NCBI GenBank assembly: GCA_963669175.1
Contig: OY769902.1
Coordinates: 3,328,001 to 3,392,000, forward strand
From: a bacterium
GTDB taxonomy: Bacteria; Electryoneota; Electryoneia; Electryoneales; Electryoneaceae
Reading direction: 5' to 3'
DNA: 64,000 nucleotides
In this document: positions 9,576-18,026 of the stretch, one piece after another
Numbering within the stretch: position 1 is the stretch's first letter
Layout of the letters: each line of letters begins with the position of its first letter
Program-made: the position numbers and the translations under genes
Notes under the pieces: generated by a model
What the model saw: the letters and a program-made list of their open reading frames with translations, nothing else
What the model was told of the DNA's origin: nothing
The model's database searches: none

Positions 9576-10856
9576 TTACAGTTTCCCCTCAACGGCTTGC
9601 TGATGAAGCTCGAAAATCAGGTTCTTCTGGATATTCGTCAGTTCAATTTTACGCCTTTCCATCACGATGGAGGCTGTTTGAATGAATTTTTTGTAGTCAT
9701 ACATCTCAAATCCGGCTTTTCCACCCCAACGGAAAGCGCCAATTGTCTTGGGGGGGAAGCCTTCGCCAAACAACACTGTTCCCAGGCCAATGACGGTACC
9801 GGTATTGAGTTGAGTGTTGATCGCAGTCTTGACGTGGTCGCCGATAATAGACCCGAAAAAGGTTGTCCCGGTAGAGATGCTTTCGCCGTCAAGTACGATT
9901 TTAACTGGCGAATAGTTATTCTTCAGATCGCTGTTGTTCGTATCTGCGCCAAGATTCACCCATTCACCAACAAGTGCGTGGCCAAGGAATCCTTCATGCT
10001 GTTTATTGCTGTACCCGAGGATGATAGAGTTTTCGATCTCGCCGCCAAGTTTGCAGACCGGGCCGATTGACAGCGGACCGTAAAGCTTTGCGCCGGATTT
10101 AACCGTACAGCCACGTCCGAGAACTACCGGTCCCATGATGATAGCGCCGGGCAGAATCTTGCAGTCTTCTTCGATAATGATCGGCCCCTCGGACGCATCC
10201 AGGATTGCTCCGGCGCCGACTGTTGAACCCTCACCTATATGAATCTCGCCTGGTTCTGCAAGAATAGCTTTATGATGAACATCGCCGTTGATAGTGCCGC
10301 TTCGCATGGCTTGGAAGTCAGCACGGATCAAGGCTTCATGTTGATTCAGCATTTCCCACGGCCAGAAGATCAATGATCCGGGGACTTCCTCGATCTGTAC
10401 TTCCGGAACACGCTTTTCCTGGGCCCAGATATTCAACAGGGTTCGTGCAGAGTAATCGGCAGGATCATCAATTCTTCCTGAGAACAGCCATTTTTCTGCG
10501 ATACGGACAGGGATACGTACTGCGACCACGTCAGGGCCGTCTGTCCACAACGTCGGAGGAAAATCCTTCTCCATTGCCTGTGAAGGAATGTTGGCAAATG
10601 CACGACCATTCACCAGCAGGATCTGGCCACGTGATGGTAGGGAATCAATGTCCGTTCTGCCGATCTGTTCTTCAACCAGACTGGTTAGGACTTTGCGTGG
10701 GATGTAGCCGGATGGGGTGGCATTTATCATGCCATTAATACGTTCTTCCAGAGTTTTACGCCCCATCCGTAGTTTCCAGACCGGACGGTTGCTGGTAAGT
10801 GGTCCAAAACGACGCCAGCCGGGGTCTTCAAAAAGGTAGAGTGGTATATTCGACAT
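9576..10856 (-). CDS. GlmU-like sugar nucleotidyltransferase/hexapeptide acyltransferase (FCB type)
   Basis: N-terminal PLT..RPV..LRMG; hexapeptide repeats; GYSNKQHEGFLGH, NLGADTNNSDLKNNY; ATG at 10856 after AGGAGG. Confidence 0.88.
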   Translation of the reverse strand: MSNIPLYLFEDPGWRRFGPLTSNRPVWKLRMGRKTLEERINGMINATPSGYIPRKVLTSLVEEQIGRTDIDSLPSRGQILLVNGRAFANIPSQAMEKDFPPTLWTDGPDVVAVRIPVRIAEKWLFSGRIDDPADYSARTLLNIWAQEKRVPEVQIEEVPGSLIFWPWEMLNQHEALIRADFQAMRSGTINGDVHHKAILAEPGEIHIGEGSTVGAGAILDASEGPIIIEEDCKILPGAIIMGPVVLGRGCTVKSGAKLYGPLSIGPVCKLGGEIENSIILGYSNKQHEGFLGHALVGEWVNLGADTNNSDLKNNYSPVKIVLDGESISTGTTFFGSIIGDHVKTAINTQLNTGTVIGLGTVLFGEGFPPKTIGAFRWGGKAGFEMYDYKKFIQTASIVMERRKIELTNIQKNLIFELHQQAVEGKL

Positions 10857-11033
10857 AACTGCCTCCTGTTGCCGTGGAAAATAGAGGCTCAGAAGAGAAA
10901 GTCCAATAGGCAAGGCGTGTCAAGGTGTGTTCGTCTCTTATAGAGAGCCGTTGCACTTTCCTTAGCCCTATAAAAGTCTTATGTTTGACGTCACTGGTTT
11001 TTCGTTTTTACAGGGAACATAGGGGATTATTTC

Positions 11034-11360
11034 ATGAGTGAACGGCCTCGTACCTACATCAAACGTGATGTCGTCGAGAAGACCGCGAAGAATTCCGGCT
11101 TGGATCCAAAAGTTGTTGCGCCGATTGTAGATGCTACCTTCGCAACCTTACGTGAAATGATCACAGACACTCCCGGCGAATGTCGGATCGAGATTCGTGA
11201 TTTTGGCGTTCTCCAGGTCAAAAACACTGCCCCGAAACCCAAGGCGCGTAATCCGCGTAAACCCGGACAGGAAATTTACATCCCGGCACGCCGGAAGACC
11301 CATTTCCGCCCAGGACGCAAGATTAAGGAAGCCTTGCAGGTTCCGCTGGACGATAAGTAA
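11034..11360 (+). CDS. HU/IHF family DNA-binding protein
   Basis: RIEIRDFG, ARNP, IPARR..FRPG motifs. Confidence 0.92.
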   Translation: MSERPRTYIKRDVVEKTAKNSGLDPKVVAPIVDATFATLREMITDTPGECRIEIRDFGVLQVKNTAPKPKARNPRKPGQEIYIPARRKTHFRPGRKIKEALQVPLDDK

Positions 11361-11389
11361 TACCTGCATATTGAAAAAGAGATTGACAG

Positions 11390-11614
11390 ATGCGTATTTC
11401 GATTACGTACTGTGTGGTGTGAAACTATTATCCAAGCGCCGCCAGGTTGGCGGAAGACATTAAAAAGCAATATCCCGATTGTTCAATAGAATACACAAAA
11501 GGTGGCGGCGGTATTTTCGATGTCCGCTTAAACGATAAGCTGATTTATTCCAAACACCAGACAGGACGATTCCCTGACAGTAACGAAGTGATGGTATTGA
11601 TAAACGGCCGATAG
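11390..11614 (+). CDS. SelW/SelT/SelH (Rdx family) selenoprotein, Sec at TGA 11420-11422; not in ORF track
   Basis: Reads MRISITYCVV(U)NYYPSAARLAEDIKKQYPDCSIEYTKGGGGIFDVRLNDKLIYSKHQTGRFPDSNEVMVLINGR*. It has CxxU, G.FDV and SK...GRFP Rdx motifs on both sides of the TGA. Confidence 0.93.
11423..11453 (+). promoter_or_regulatory. Bacterial SECIS-like element
   Basis: Stem-loop CCGCCA-GGT-TGGCGG (11439-11453) with G-starting loop 22 nt after the UGA. Confidence 0.75.
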
Positions 11615-11625
11615 GCCGTTTTTTT
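11602..11625 (+). terminator. Intrinsic terminator closing the HU-selW unit
   Basis: AAACGGCC-GATA-GGCCGTTT plus T-run, overlapping the selW stop codon. Confidence 0.75.
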
Positions 11626-11642
11626 ATCCGGTGGAGGTTCGG

Positions 11643-11840
11643 ATGAAAAACAGACGTGACGGTGATCGAAGGGACAATGATCGTCGGCAGGACCAGGAAA
11701 CTGCGGCTAGCTGGGATGGCGTTGAAAGAAGAAAACAGGACCGCAGGGAGAAAGAAAGACGTATTAAAGAAGCCAGAAAACAACATCGGCTTGAAAAACA
11801 GTTCAGGATCGATGAAGCTGTTGATCTGCCAAAGAAATAA
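11643..11840 (+). CDS. Small Arg/Asp-rich protein with (D/E)RR repeats
   Basis: GGAGG RBS before ATG 11643; NRRDGDRRDNDRR...WDGVERRKQDRREKERR; abuts the Nudix gene. Confidence 0.65.
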   Translation: MKNRRDGDRRDNDRRQDQETAASWDGVERRKQDRREKERRIKEARKQHRLEKQFRIDEAVDLPKK

Positions 11841-12299
11841 GTGACCATCATGAGTATTGCCAGGCATATCATCTGCCCGAACTGTGGCGCGCAGGTAAAA
11901 GAGTACAGTAATCCCAAGCCAACGGTCGATGTCATTATTCGCTATCAAGGTGGTGTTGTCCTGATTGAGCGAACGAATGAACCGCCGGGATGGGCGTTGC
12001 CGGGTGGGTTTATCGATTACGGTGAAACTGTGGAACATGCCGCACACCGTGAAATGATGGAAGAAACCGGTCTGAAACTGGAAAATCTCGAACTGTTTAC
12101 GGTTCGCTCAGAACCCCACCGTGACCCTCGTCATCATACCATTACCGTCATCTATACTGCAGATGGAGTGGGGGAATTGAAGGCCGGTGATGATGCAGGT
12201 GATGCGAAGGTATATACAGCCGAAACCTTGCCAGATGTAATCGCCTTCGATCACCGAGAAGTGCTGCAACTATACTTCGAGCAGACAAAAACGGTCTAA
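11841..12299 (+). CDS. Nudix hydrolase (ADP-ribose pyrophosphatase-like)
   Basis: Nudix box GGFIDYGETVEHAAHREMMEETGL; RDPR; AGDDA; AFDH. Confidence 0.93.
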   Translation: MTIMSIARHIICPNCGAQVKEYSNPKPTVDVIIRYQGGVVLIERTNEPPGWALPGGFIDYGETVEHAAHREMMEETGLKLENLELFTVRSEPHRDPRHHTITVIYTADGVGELKAGDDAGDAKVYTAETLPDVIAFDHREVLQLYFEQTKTV

Positions 12300-12440
12300 C
12301 CATAATCCTTGTCCTTTCATATCTTTTGTTTGATTGCCCTATTTGTTCGTCAAACAGGGTATACTCTAATGTGAATAAAGAAAAGCTTTGTAAAAAATAT
12401 TGCTGTTCTCGATTCTAATATGTCTTAATGGTGATTGCCG

Positions 12441-12631
12441 GGAAAAGGGGACGGGATCCTTTTCCTCGCACTGATACAGACTATTCCTGAAGTATTTCTG
12501 GAAAAGGAAACTGTCCCCTTTTCCGTGTAATTCATGCCTGCTAGCAAGAAAAAGGGTACAGCCACCTTTCCCGGTCCATACTCACAGCGGGAAGGCTTTG
12601 CCCCAGGGAAAGGAGGCAGTCCCCTTTTTCC
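12441..12631. repeat. Four degenerate ~25-bp palindromes (REP-like), starting at 12441, 12500, 12548 and 12606
   Basis: GGAAAAGGGGACGGGATCCTTTTCC; GGAAAAGGAAACTGTCCCCTTTTCC; GAAAAAGGGTACAGCCACCTTTCCC; GGGAAAGGAGGCAGTCCCCTTTTTCC. Confidence 0.65.
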
Positions 12632-12956
12632 ATATCCTTTCATCCAACCATATAGTGGATTCTTCACTGAAATTGCACATGGCCATATGACGGAATTGCC
12701 ATGTAATTCATATTTGAAGAGCAAACAGGGATAAGGTGTAGAGGAAATCAAAAGGGGGGATCACCAATTGGACTTCAAGGAGTATTCTCAAATTAGACTT
12801 CACGATGAAGTATTCCCCAAGAGCAAAAAACTTCCACTCCGAAATCTTGTCCGCGAGTAAGCCCTGTCCTAACTTCATGCCCATTGTTAGGCAAGTCAAA
12901 TCGTTTGTCTTAATAGTTTCCACATTTCACAAAACATTGATTCTGAGAGGAAAAAC

Positions 12957-13580
12957 ATGTGTGACTGTCATTGTGACGATTACGCTGTAGCGCGTATTGG
13001 TGAAGAGGTTGAAGACTTTGCAGCTTCCGCATTTGCTGGTGGTAAACTTCACGATTCCCTGAAGCTGTCTGAATACAAGGGCAAGTGGGTTGTTCTCTTT
13101 TTCTACCCGGCCGATTTTACCTTCGTCTGCCCGACTGAATTGACCGGCGTGGCAAAGGTGTATGACCAGATCAAGGAAATGGGCGCTGAAGTGCTGTCAA
13201 TCAGCACCGATTCCCATTTTGTCCACATGATGTGGAACGAATACGAACTGAGCAAGATGGTGGCTGGCGGATTGCCCTACCCGATGCTGTACGATGCCGA
13301 TGGACGCATTGGTCGTTATTTCCAGGTATACAACGAAGTCAGCGGCATGGATCTCCGTGGCACCTTCATCATTGACCCGGACGGAGTTCTCCAAGCCCAG
13401 GAAGTCTTTGCCACGAATGTTGGCCGTAGCGCGAAAGAACTGGTCCGCCAGTTGGCCGCGTTCAAGTTCTCACGTGACAACGGTGGCGTGATTCCCTGCG
13501 ATTGGCAGCCGGGTGAAGCAGCCATGAAGCCGAGCGAAGACCTTGTCGGTCACGTTTACGAAAAGTTTGAAGGAAAATAA
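12957..13580 (+). CDS. 2-Cys peroxiredoxin (AhpC/PrxU-like, Cys form)
   Basis: FFYPADFTFVCPTE; RGTFIIDPDG; C-terminal IPCDW; ELSKMV.GG.PYPML insert. Confidence 0.93.
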   Translation: MCDCHCDDYAVARIGEEVEDFAASAFAGGKLHDSLKLSEYKGKWVVLFFYPADFTFVCPTELTGVAKVYDQIKEMGAEVLSISTDSHFVHMMWNEYELSKMVAGGLPYPMLYDADGRIGRYFQVYNEVSGMDLRGTFIIDPDGVLQAQEVFATNVGRSAKELVRQLAAFKFSRDNGGVIPCDWQPGEAAMKPSEDLVGHVYEKFEGK

Positions 13581-13615
13581 AAGGTAGACCAATCCAAAAG
13601 GATGGTAGCCCATTC

Positions 13616-13644
13616 ACCCGTTCCGGTTGCCGGAGCGGGTTTTT
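13616..13644 (+). terminator. Intrinsic terminator
   Basis: ACCCGTTCCGG...CCGGAGCGGGT followed by TTTT. Confidence 0.75.
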
Positions 13645-14813
13645 CAGTGTGCTGGTTCAAGGATAAGCAATGCGATTTCGGGAGTAGTCCCAATGCGCAT
13701 TGGTGGTCCCCATGAACCATACCCGGGGCTGATATAAAGCTGCATACCGTTCTTCAGTGTATACAGTCCCTCAACCACATTATAACTCATTTTTACGAAC
13801 ATCTTTGCAGGCCACAATTGTCCACCATGTGTGTGGCCACTAAGTTGAAGGTCAGCGCCTGCATTTGCAGCTTCATCCAGTTTAACTGGTGTATGGTGGA
13901 TTACAATCAGGGGAAGTTGATTAGCTTCGTTTCCGGTTGACTGCTTCGCTGATTCCATCAGTTCTGCCACAGACGGGATTGTATCGCTGAAACGACCCAT
14001 CGTTGGCCGATCTTCCAGACCAAGAAGAATCAACTTGTCATCCAGAATAGAGCTCTGATCTTGTAGCAAAGTAATCCCACTATTACGGAAGAACTGGATG
14101 GAACCTTTCATGTCGTGATAATATTCATGATTACCGAGGACGCCAAATACACCATTGGGGGCGTTCAGTTGCTGCAAATGCTTCTCCCATCCGACCATTC
14201 TTGAAGCCGATTCATCCAGCAGGTCGCCACCGATGACGATCAGGTCTGGATTTAACGCATTGATATCGCTCACCATCTTTTGCAATCGTTTTTCACCGAC
14301 AATGGCTCCGAGATGAACATCAGACACAAATGCAATTCGGATCGGATCGGACTGCGGTTGCATGGAAGCGAGCTGGACATGCACTTCATTTACGATGGGT
14401 CGGTATGAACGCCAGGTGCCATACACAGCCAGAATCGCAATCACTCCTGTTATTCCAAGGATCAGATACTGGCTGCCGGGTGTTGATGTGAAGAAAGAAC
14501 GTGGGATAACTCCGGCAAAGTGGTTGACTAGACGGACCGCATCTTTCACAAGAAAGATGAAAAAGAAATAGAACATGATTCCCACCCAAAACGAGCCCAG
14601 CCAGATAAAAAAATTACTGACAGGGTTGACCGGGAAGCCGTAAAGAAAGCGTGACATGGGAAAAGAGAGGATCAGCAGCAACAAACCCCAGCGCAGAACG
14701 CTTCCCCATGTGCCTGACAGCGCCGCCATTTGCATTACAGAACGGTGAATATACCAGTTCACAGATGTATAGACTGTCAGCGCGACTGCGATGAATATGA
14801 TCATGCCCTTCAT
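13644..14813 (-). CDS. Membrane-anchored metallophosphoesterase (YkuE-like)
   Basis: SDVHLG, GGDLLD, GNHEYY, HHTP and SGHTHGGQ motifs; N-terminal TM helices. Confidence 0.92.
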   Translation of the reverse strand: MKGMIIFIAVALTVYTSVNWYIHRSVMQMAALSGTWGSVLRWGLLLLILSFPMSRFLYGFPVNPVSNFFIWLGSFWVGIMFYFFFIFLVKDAVRLVNHFAGVIPRSFFTSTPGSQYLILGITGVIAILAVYGTWRSYRPIVNEVHVQLASMQPQSDPIRIAFVSDVHLGAIVGEKRLQKMVSDINALNPDLIVIGGDLLDESASRMVGWEKHLQQLNAPNGVFGVLGNHEYYHDMKGSIQFFRNSGITLLQDQSSILDDKLILLGLEDRPTMGRFSDTIPSVAELMESAKQSTGNEANQLPLIVIHHTPVKLDEAANAGADLQLSGHTHGGQLWPAKMFVKMSYNVVEGLYTLKNGMQLYISPGYGSWGPPMRIGTTPEIALLILEPAH

Positions 14814-14959
14814 GGTATATCTTTCCTTTTACTGGAGAAAGCATCAAGGTACAATCGTAATCACCGTCAGGAAATGCTTCCGTGATGATCAATCGCACGT
14901 GCATGACGCCTTGGGATTATATACCTTGTTTCAATCCAAAAAGATCCGGAGGATTTCTT

Positions 14960-15805
14960 GTGAGAGTTGGCGGCTGCATGGTCGTAAAGAATGAAGCGGA
15001 TGTCATTGAACAGAACATCCGTTTTCATTTGGACAAACAGGGGTTTGATATCCTGCTGGTTGTGGATAATGCTTCCACTGATGACACGTGGTCCATTCTG
15101 CAGGATATGAAAGAACCACGTTTACTGCTGTTTCGAACGGGATGGCAGGATGGATTTGTCCAGGATACAGCTACGACGGAAGGAAGTGAGGCGCTGTTTA
15201 CTCAACACGGCTGCGATTGGGTACTGCCAATTGACGCGGATGAATACTGGTTAAGTGAAACTTTTCCTACCGTTCACGATGCACTTTCCCAGATAGATCC
15301 TTCTTATAACCTGTACAGCACATTTGCCTATGATTTTGTCATGACAGAGCTGGATGATCCCAATGAGTCGGATTTCCGTAAACGGATGCAGTATGCTCGA
15401 ATACATCCAACTCCCAAAATGATACTCCGGAAACTGGGGGGCCAGATCAAATACATCATGATCGGCAGTCATATCGTCTACCTGAACGATGAATCACTTC
15501 GCAAAGAGGTTGGAATTCAACCGGAAGTTCTTTGTCGCTACCATTATCGTTACATCAGCAAAGAACAGATCATGCGTAAAATTCTGTATAAAGCGGAAGG
15601 GTATATCGTTCGAACCAAGGGCGAATGGCTGCATCAGGGCCGGAAAGGGCTGCACGGAAGACATGTACGGGACATGTATTTCAAGATCAGGGAAGGTAAA
15701 ATTGATGAGTTGTATGACACTCTGGTTCGTAAAGAACAACGAGTGCAGAGAAACCTGGAGCGTGATATTTTCTTTCACAAGAGAAAATTGCTTGACATGA
15801 TTTGA
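14960..15805 (+). CDS. Glycosyltransferase family 2-like
   Basis: MVVKNEADVI, VDNASTDDT, PIDADE (DxD) and HYRY motifs; GTG at 14960 after GGAGG. Confidence 0.85.
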   Translation: MRVGGCMVVKNEADVIEQNIRFHLDKQGFDILLVVDNASTDDTWSILQDMKEPRLLLFRTGWQDGFVQDTATTEGSEALFTQHGCDWVLPIDADEYWLSETFPTVHDALSQIDPSYNLYSTFAYDFVMTELDDPNESDFRKRMQYARIHPTPKMILRKLGGQIKYIMIGSHIVYLNDESLRKEVGIQPEVLCRYHYRYISKEQIMRKILYKAEGYIVRTKGEWLHQGRKGLHGRHVRDMYFKIREGKIDELYDTLVRKEQRVQRNLERDIFFHKRKLLDMI

Positions 15806-15830
15806 AGAATCCCGGTTTTCACAGAAAAAG

Positions 15831-15863
15831 AACACCCCCTGAGAGACAAATCCAGGGGGTGTT
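15831..15863. terminator. Bidirectional terminator
   Basis: AACACCCCCTG...CAGGGGGTGTT between convergent genes. Confidence 0.75.
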
Positions 15864-15887
15864 TCATATAGAAAGACAAGTAGTATG

Positions 15888-17060
15888 TTACTTGGGCATC
15901 CGCGGCGCTGTCTCGGCGATATCCTTCATCGCTGCAATAGCCGCATCGATGTGTTCTTCCTTGTTGAAAGCGCCGATAGAGAAACGGACAGTACCGTGAA
16001 GGTCAAGCGTTCCGATTTGCTCGTGAACCTTCGGCGCGCACTGCAGACCAGTACGGGTGGCGATGTTGTGATCCACATCCAGCATGATGCCGACATTCAT
16101 CGCTTCGATACCATCAATGTTCACGGAAACTGTTGAAAGATGATCGGTTAAGTCTTCGCATTTATAGAGGATAACGCCGTCAAGATCACGTATTCCTTCA
16201 ACCAGTTTCTTGAGCAGTTTGTGCTCGTGATTATAGATGTTTTCTACTCCGGTTTTGTCGATCCACTGCTGACCGGCCCAAAGCCCTGCAATGCCCATCA
16301 GGTTGGTCGTACCGAATTCAAGACGCCAGGGATACTCGTCCAAATGGTAGGGATAGGCAGAACGTACGCCAGTTCCGCCGCTACGTGTGGACTTGATGGT
16401 TACATGATCCCGCACACAGACACCACCGATTCCAGTCGGTCCCATCAGGGCTTTATGGCCGGTAAACGCGATCACGTCCAGACCCATATCCTGCATGTCA
16501 ATCGGGACAACGCCCGCTGTCTGGGATACATCCGCAGCAAACAGGCATTTATGGTCTGCCACCGCTTCGCTGATGGCTTTCAGGTTCTGAATTGTGCCGA
16601 TGACGTTGGAGCCATGATTTACGATGACCAGTTTCGTATTGGGGCGAAGGGCTTTCTTTACATCGTCCGGATCAATAAAGCCCTGTTCGTTGAAAGGAAG
16701 GAAAGTCACATCACAAATACCGTCACGCTGAAGTGTGTTCAAAGGACGGATGACCGAATTGTGTTCCAGATTGGTCGAAATGACGTGATCACCCTTTTCA
16801 ACGATACCGTTAATCACAAGGTTCAAACCATCGGTGGCGTTATAAGTGAAGACCATGCGTTCCGGCGAATCGCCGTTGAAAAACGTAACCAGCTTTTTAC
16901 GTGTATTTTCAACCATATCGCCGGCGCCGATAGCCATATCAAACCCGCTACGTCCGGGATTGACGCCATTGTTACGGTAGAATTCAGTCATGAAGTCGTA
17001 CATCTCAGGTGGTTTGGGCCATGCTGTTGCAGCGTTGTCCAGGTAGATCAGGTTTTCCAT
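15888..17060 (-). CDS. Class-V PLP enzyme, cysteine desulfurase/selenocysteine lyase family
   Basis: IYLDNAAT, EHNSV, FTGHK (PLP lysine), RTGLQCAP, GTVRFS; ATG at 17060. Confidence 0.9.
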   Translation of the reverse strand: MENLIYLDNAATAWPKPPEMYDFMTEFYRNNGVNPGRSGFDMAIGAGDMVENTRKKLVTFFNGDSPERMVFTYNATDGLNLVINGIVEKGDHVISTNLEHNSVIRPLNTLQRDGICDVTFLPFNEQGFIDPDDVKKALRPNTKLVIVNHGSNVIGTIQNLKAISEAVADHKCLFAADVSQTAGVVPIDMQDMGLDVIAFTGHKALMGPTGIGGVCVRDHVTIKSTRSGGTGVRSAYPYHLDEYPWRLEFGTTNLMGIAGLWAGQQWIDKTGVENIYNHEHKLLKKLVEGIRDLDGVILYKCEDLTDHLSTVSVNIDGIEAMNVGIMLDVDHNIATRTGLQCAPKVHEQIGTLDLHGTVRFSIGAFNKEEHIDAAIAAMKDIAETAPRMPK

Positions 17061-17195
17061 GGTTGTCTTCTCCCTGTCGCTGTTGCGTTGCGACGTTTTT
17101 CTCCCGTTCTTCAAGCGAGGATGCGAGTATACCTCGCAAGCATCAATTACCCCAACCGGGGTAACAAAACTGTTTAACCAGGTAGAAAAGAAGAT

Positions 17196-18020
17196 ATGGA
17201 ATTGTTTGAGTACCTGCGCGACCGTGGAGAGCCATTGGTCCTTCACCGTATCATGGAACGCATTCCAGGATCGATTGAAGAACAGTTGAATGATATCGAG
17301 TCATCCACCGATAGGGAAGCGATGGCCAATGATATTCGTATACTCCTGCTGATGAAGGGGAAACCACCTGTTTTTCAGTTGTTTAAAACGCCAGGAGCCT
17401 GGTATCCGGCACCAGAAGATGATCGTCTTGTGGATATCGTTGTCCTTGGGGTGAATGAGGAAATCTGCGCACGTGTTTTCAAAGCAGAATTGGACCGATC
17501 TGCCGACAAGAAGAAATTGCTTCGGGCGTGGTATGAGCTTCATTTGAGTGGATACCTGCGCCAGTTGCAGGAGCACGACTGGGTAGAGGCGATTCTATTG
17601 CGTGGTGACATGATCAGTCCGCGACGCTATTGTACAGACCCGTCCGATATAAACTTGTTCCTGGTTGTGAACTTTGAGCAGGAAAATGAAGAAAAACGGC
17701 TTGAGTGTTTTTCGATCTTGAATCAAAGCCCGGGGAAAGTCCATGTTGATTTCTCCTGGCTGGATTTCGAAGAAGCGGCGATCAAACGGATTACAGAGTC
17801 TGGAGAAATACTTCCTGAGTTTGGGAAGCCCGAGGAAAGTGGAGACAGCGAAGATGTACAGGTTGTTTATACCGTATTCTGTCTGCCGACGATGATGAAG
17901 TATCGTGAGAAAGATTTGTACCAGGCGCGTTTATATCACCTGGAATCGGTCAAGCAGGCGGAATTCGTTTTTTCACGTGGTAAAGCGGCACAACGATTTT
18001 TACGATTGATACGTCAATAG
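17196..18020 (+). CDS. Hypothetical protein with possible degenerate nucleotidyltransferase fold
   Basis: AILLRGD...SDINLFLVV...VHVDF resembles the hG[GS]..DxD...D pattern. Confidence 0.5.
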   Translation: MELFEYLRDRGEPLVLHRIMERIPGSIEEQLNDIESSTDREAMANDIRILLLMKGKPPVFQLFKTPGAWYPAPEDDRLVDIVVLGVNEEICARVFKAELDRSADKKKLLRAWYELHLSGYLRQLQEHDWVEAILLRGDMISPRRYCTDPSDINLFLVVNFEQENEEKRLECFSILNQSPGKVHVDFSWLDFEEAAIKRITESGEILPEFGKPEESGDSEDVQVVYTVFCLPTMMKYREKDLYQARLYHLESVKQAEFVFSRGKAAQRFLRLIRQ

Positions 18021-18026
18021 GCAGAT

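Noticed and set aside
11460-12047. 195-aa minus-strand ORF
   Set aside because: Overlaps selW, the RR microprotein and Nudix on the opposite strand; no domain signal.
12441-12631. Canonical CRISPR array
   Set aside because: Repeats are too divergent, spacing is irregular and there are no cas genes; reported as REP-like instead.
12425-12923. Short ORFs in the Nudix-peroxiredoxin gap
   Set aside because: They translate the palindromic repeats and AT-rich DNA; no RBS or motifs.
16221-17177. 318-aa plus-strand ORF
   Set aside because: Antisense shadow of the cysteine desulfurase gene; no motifs.
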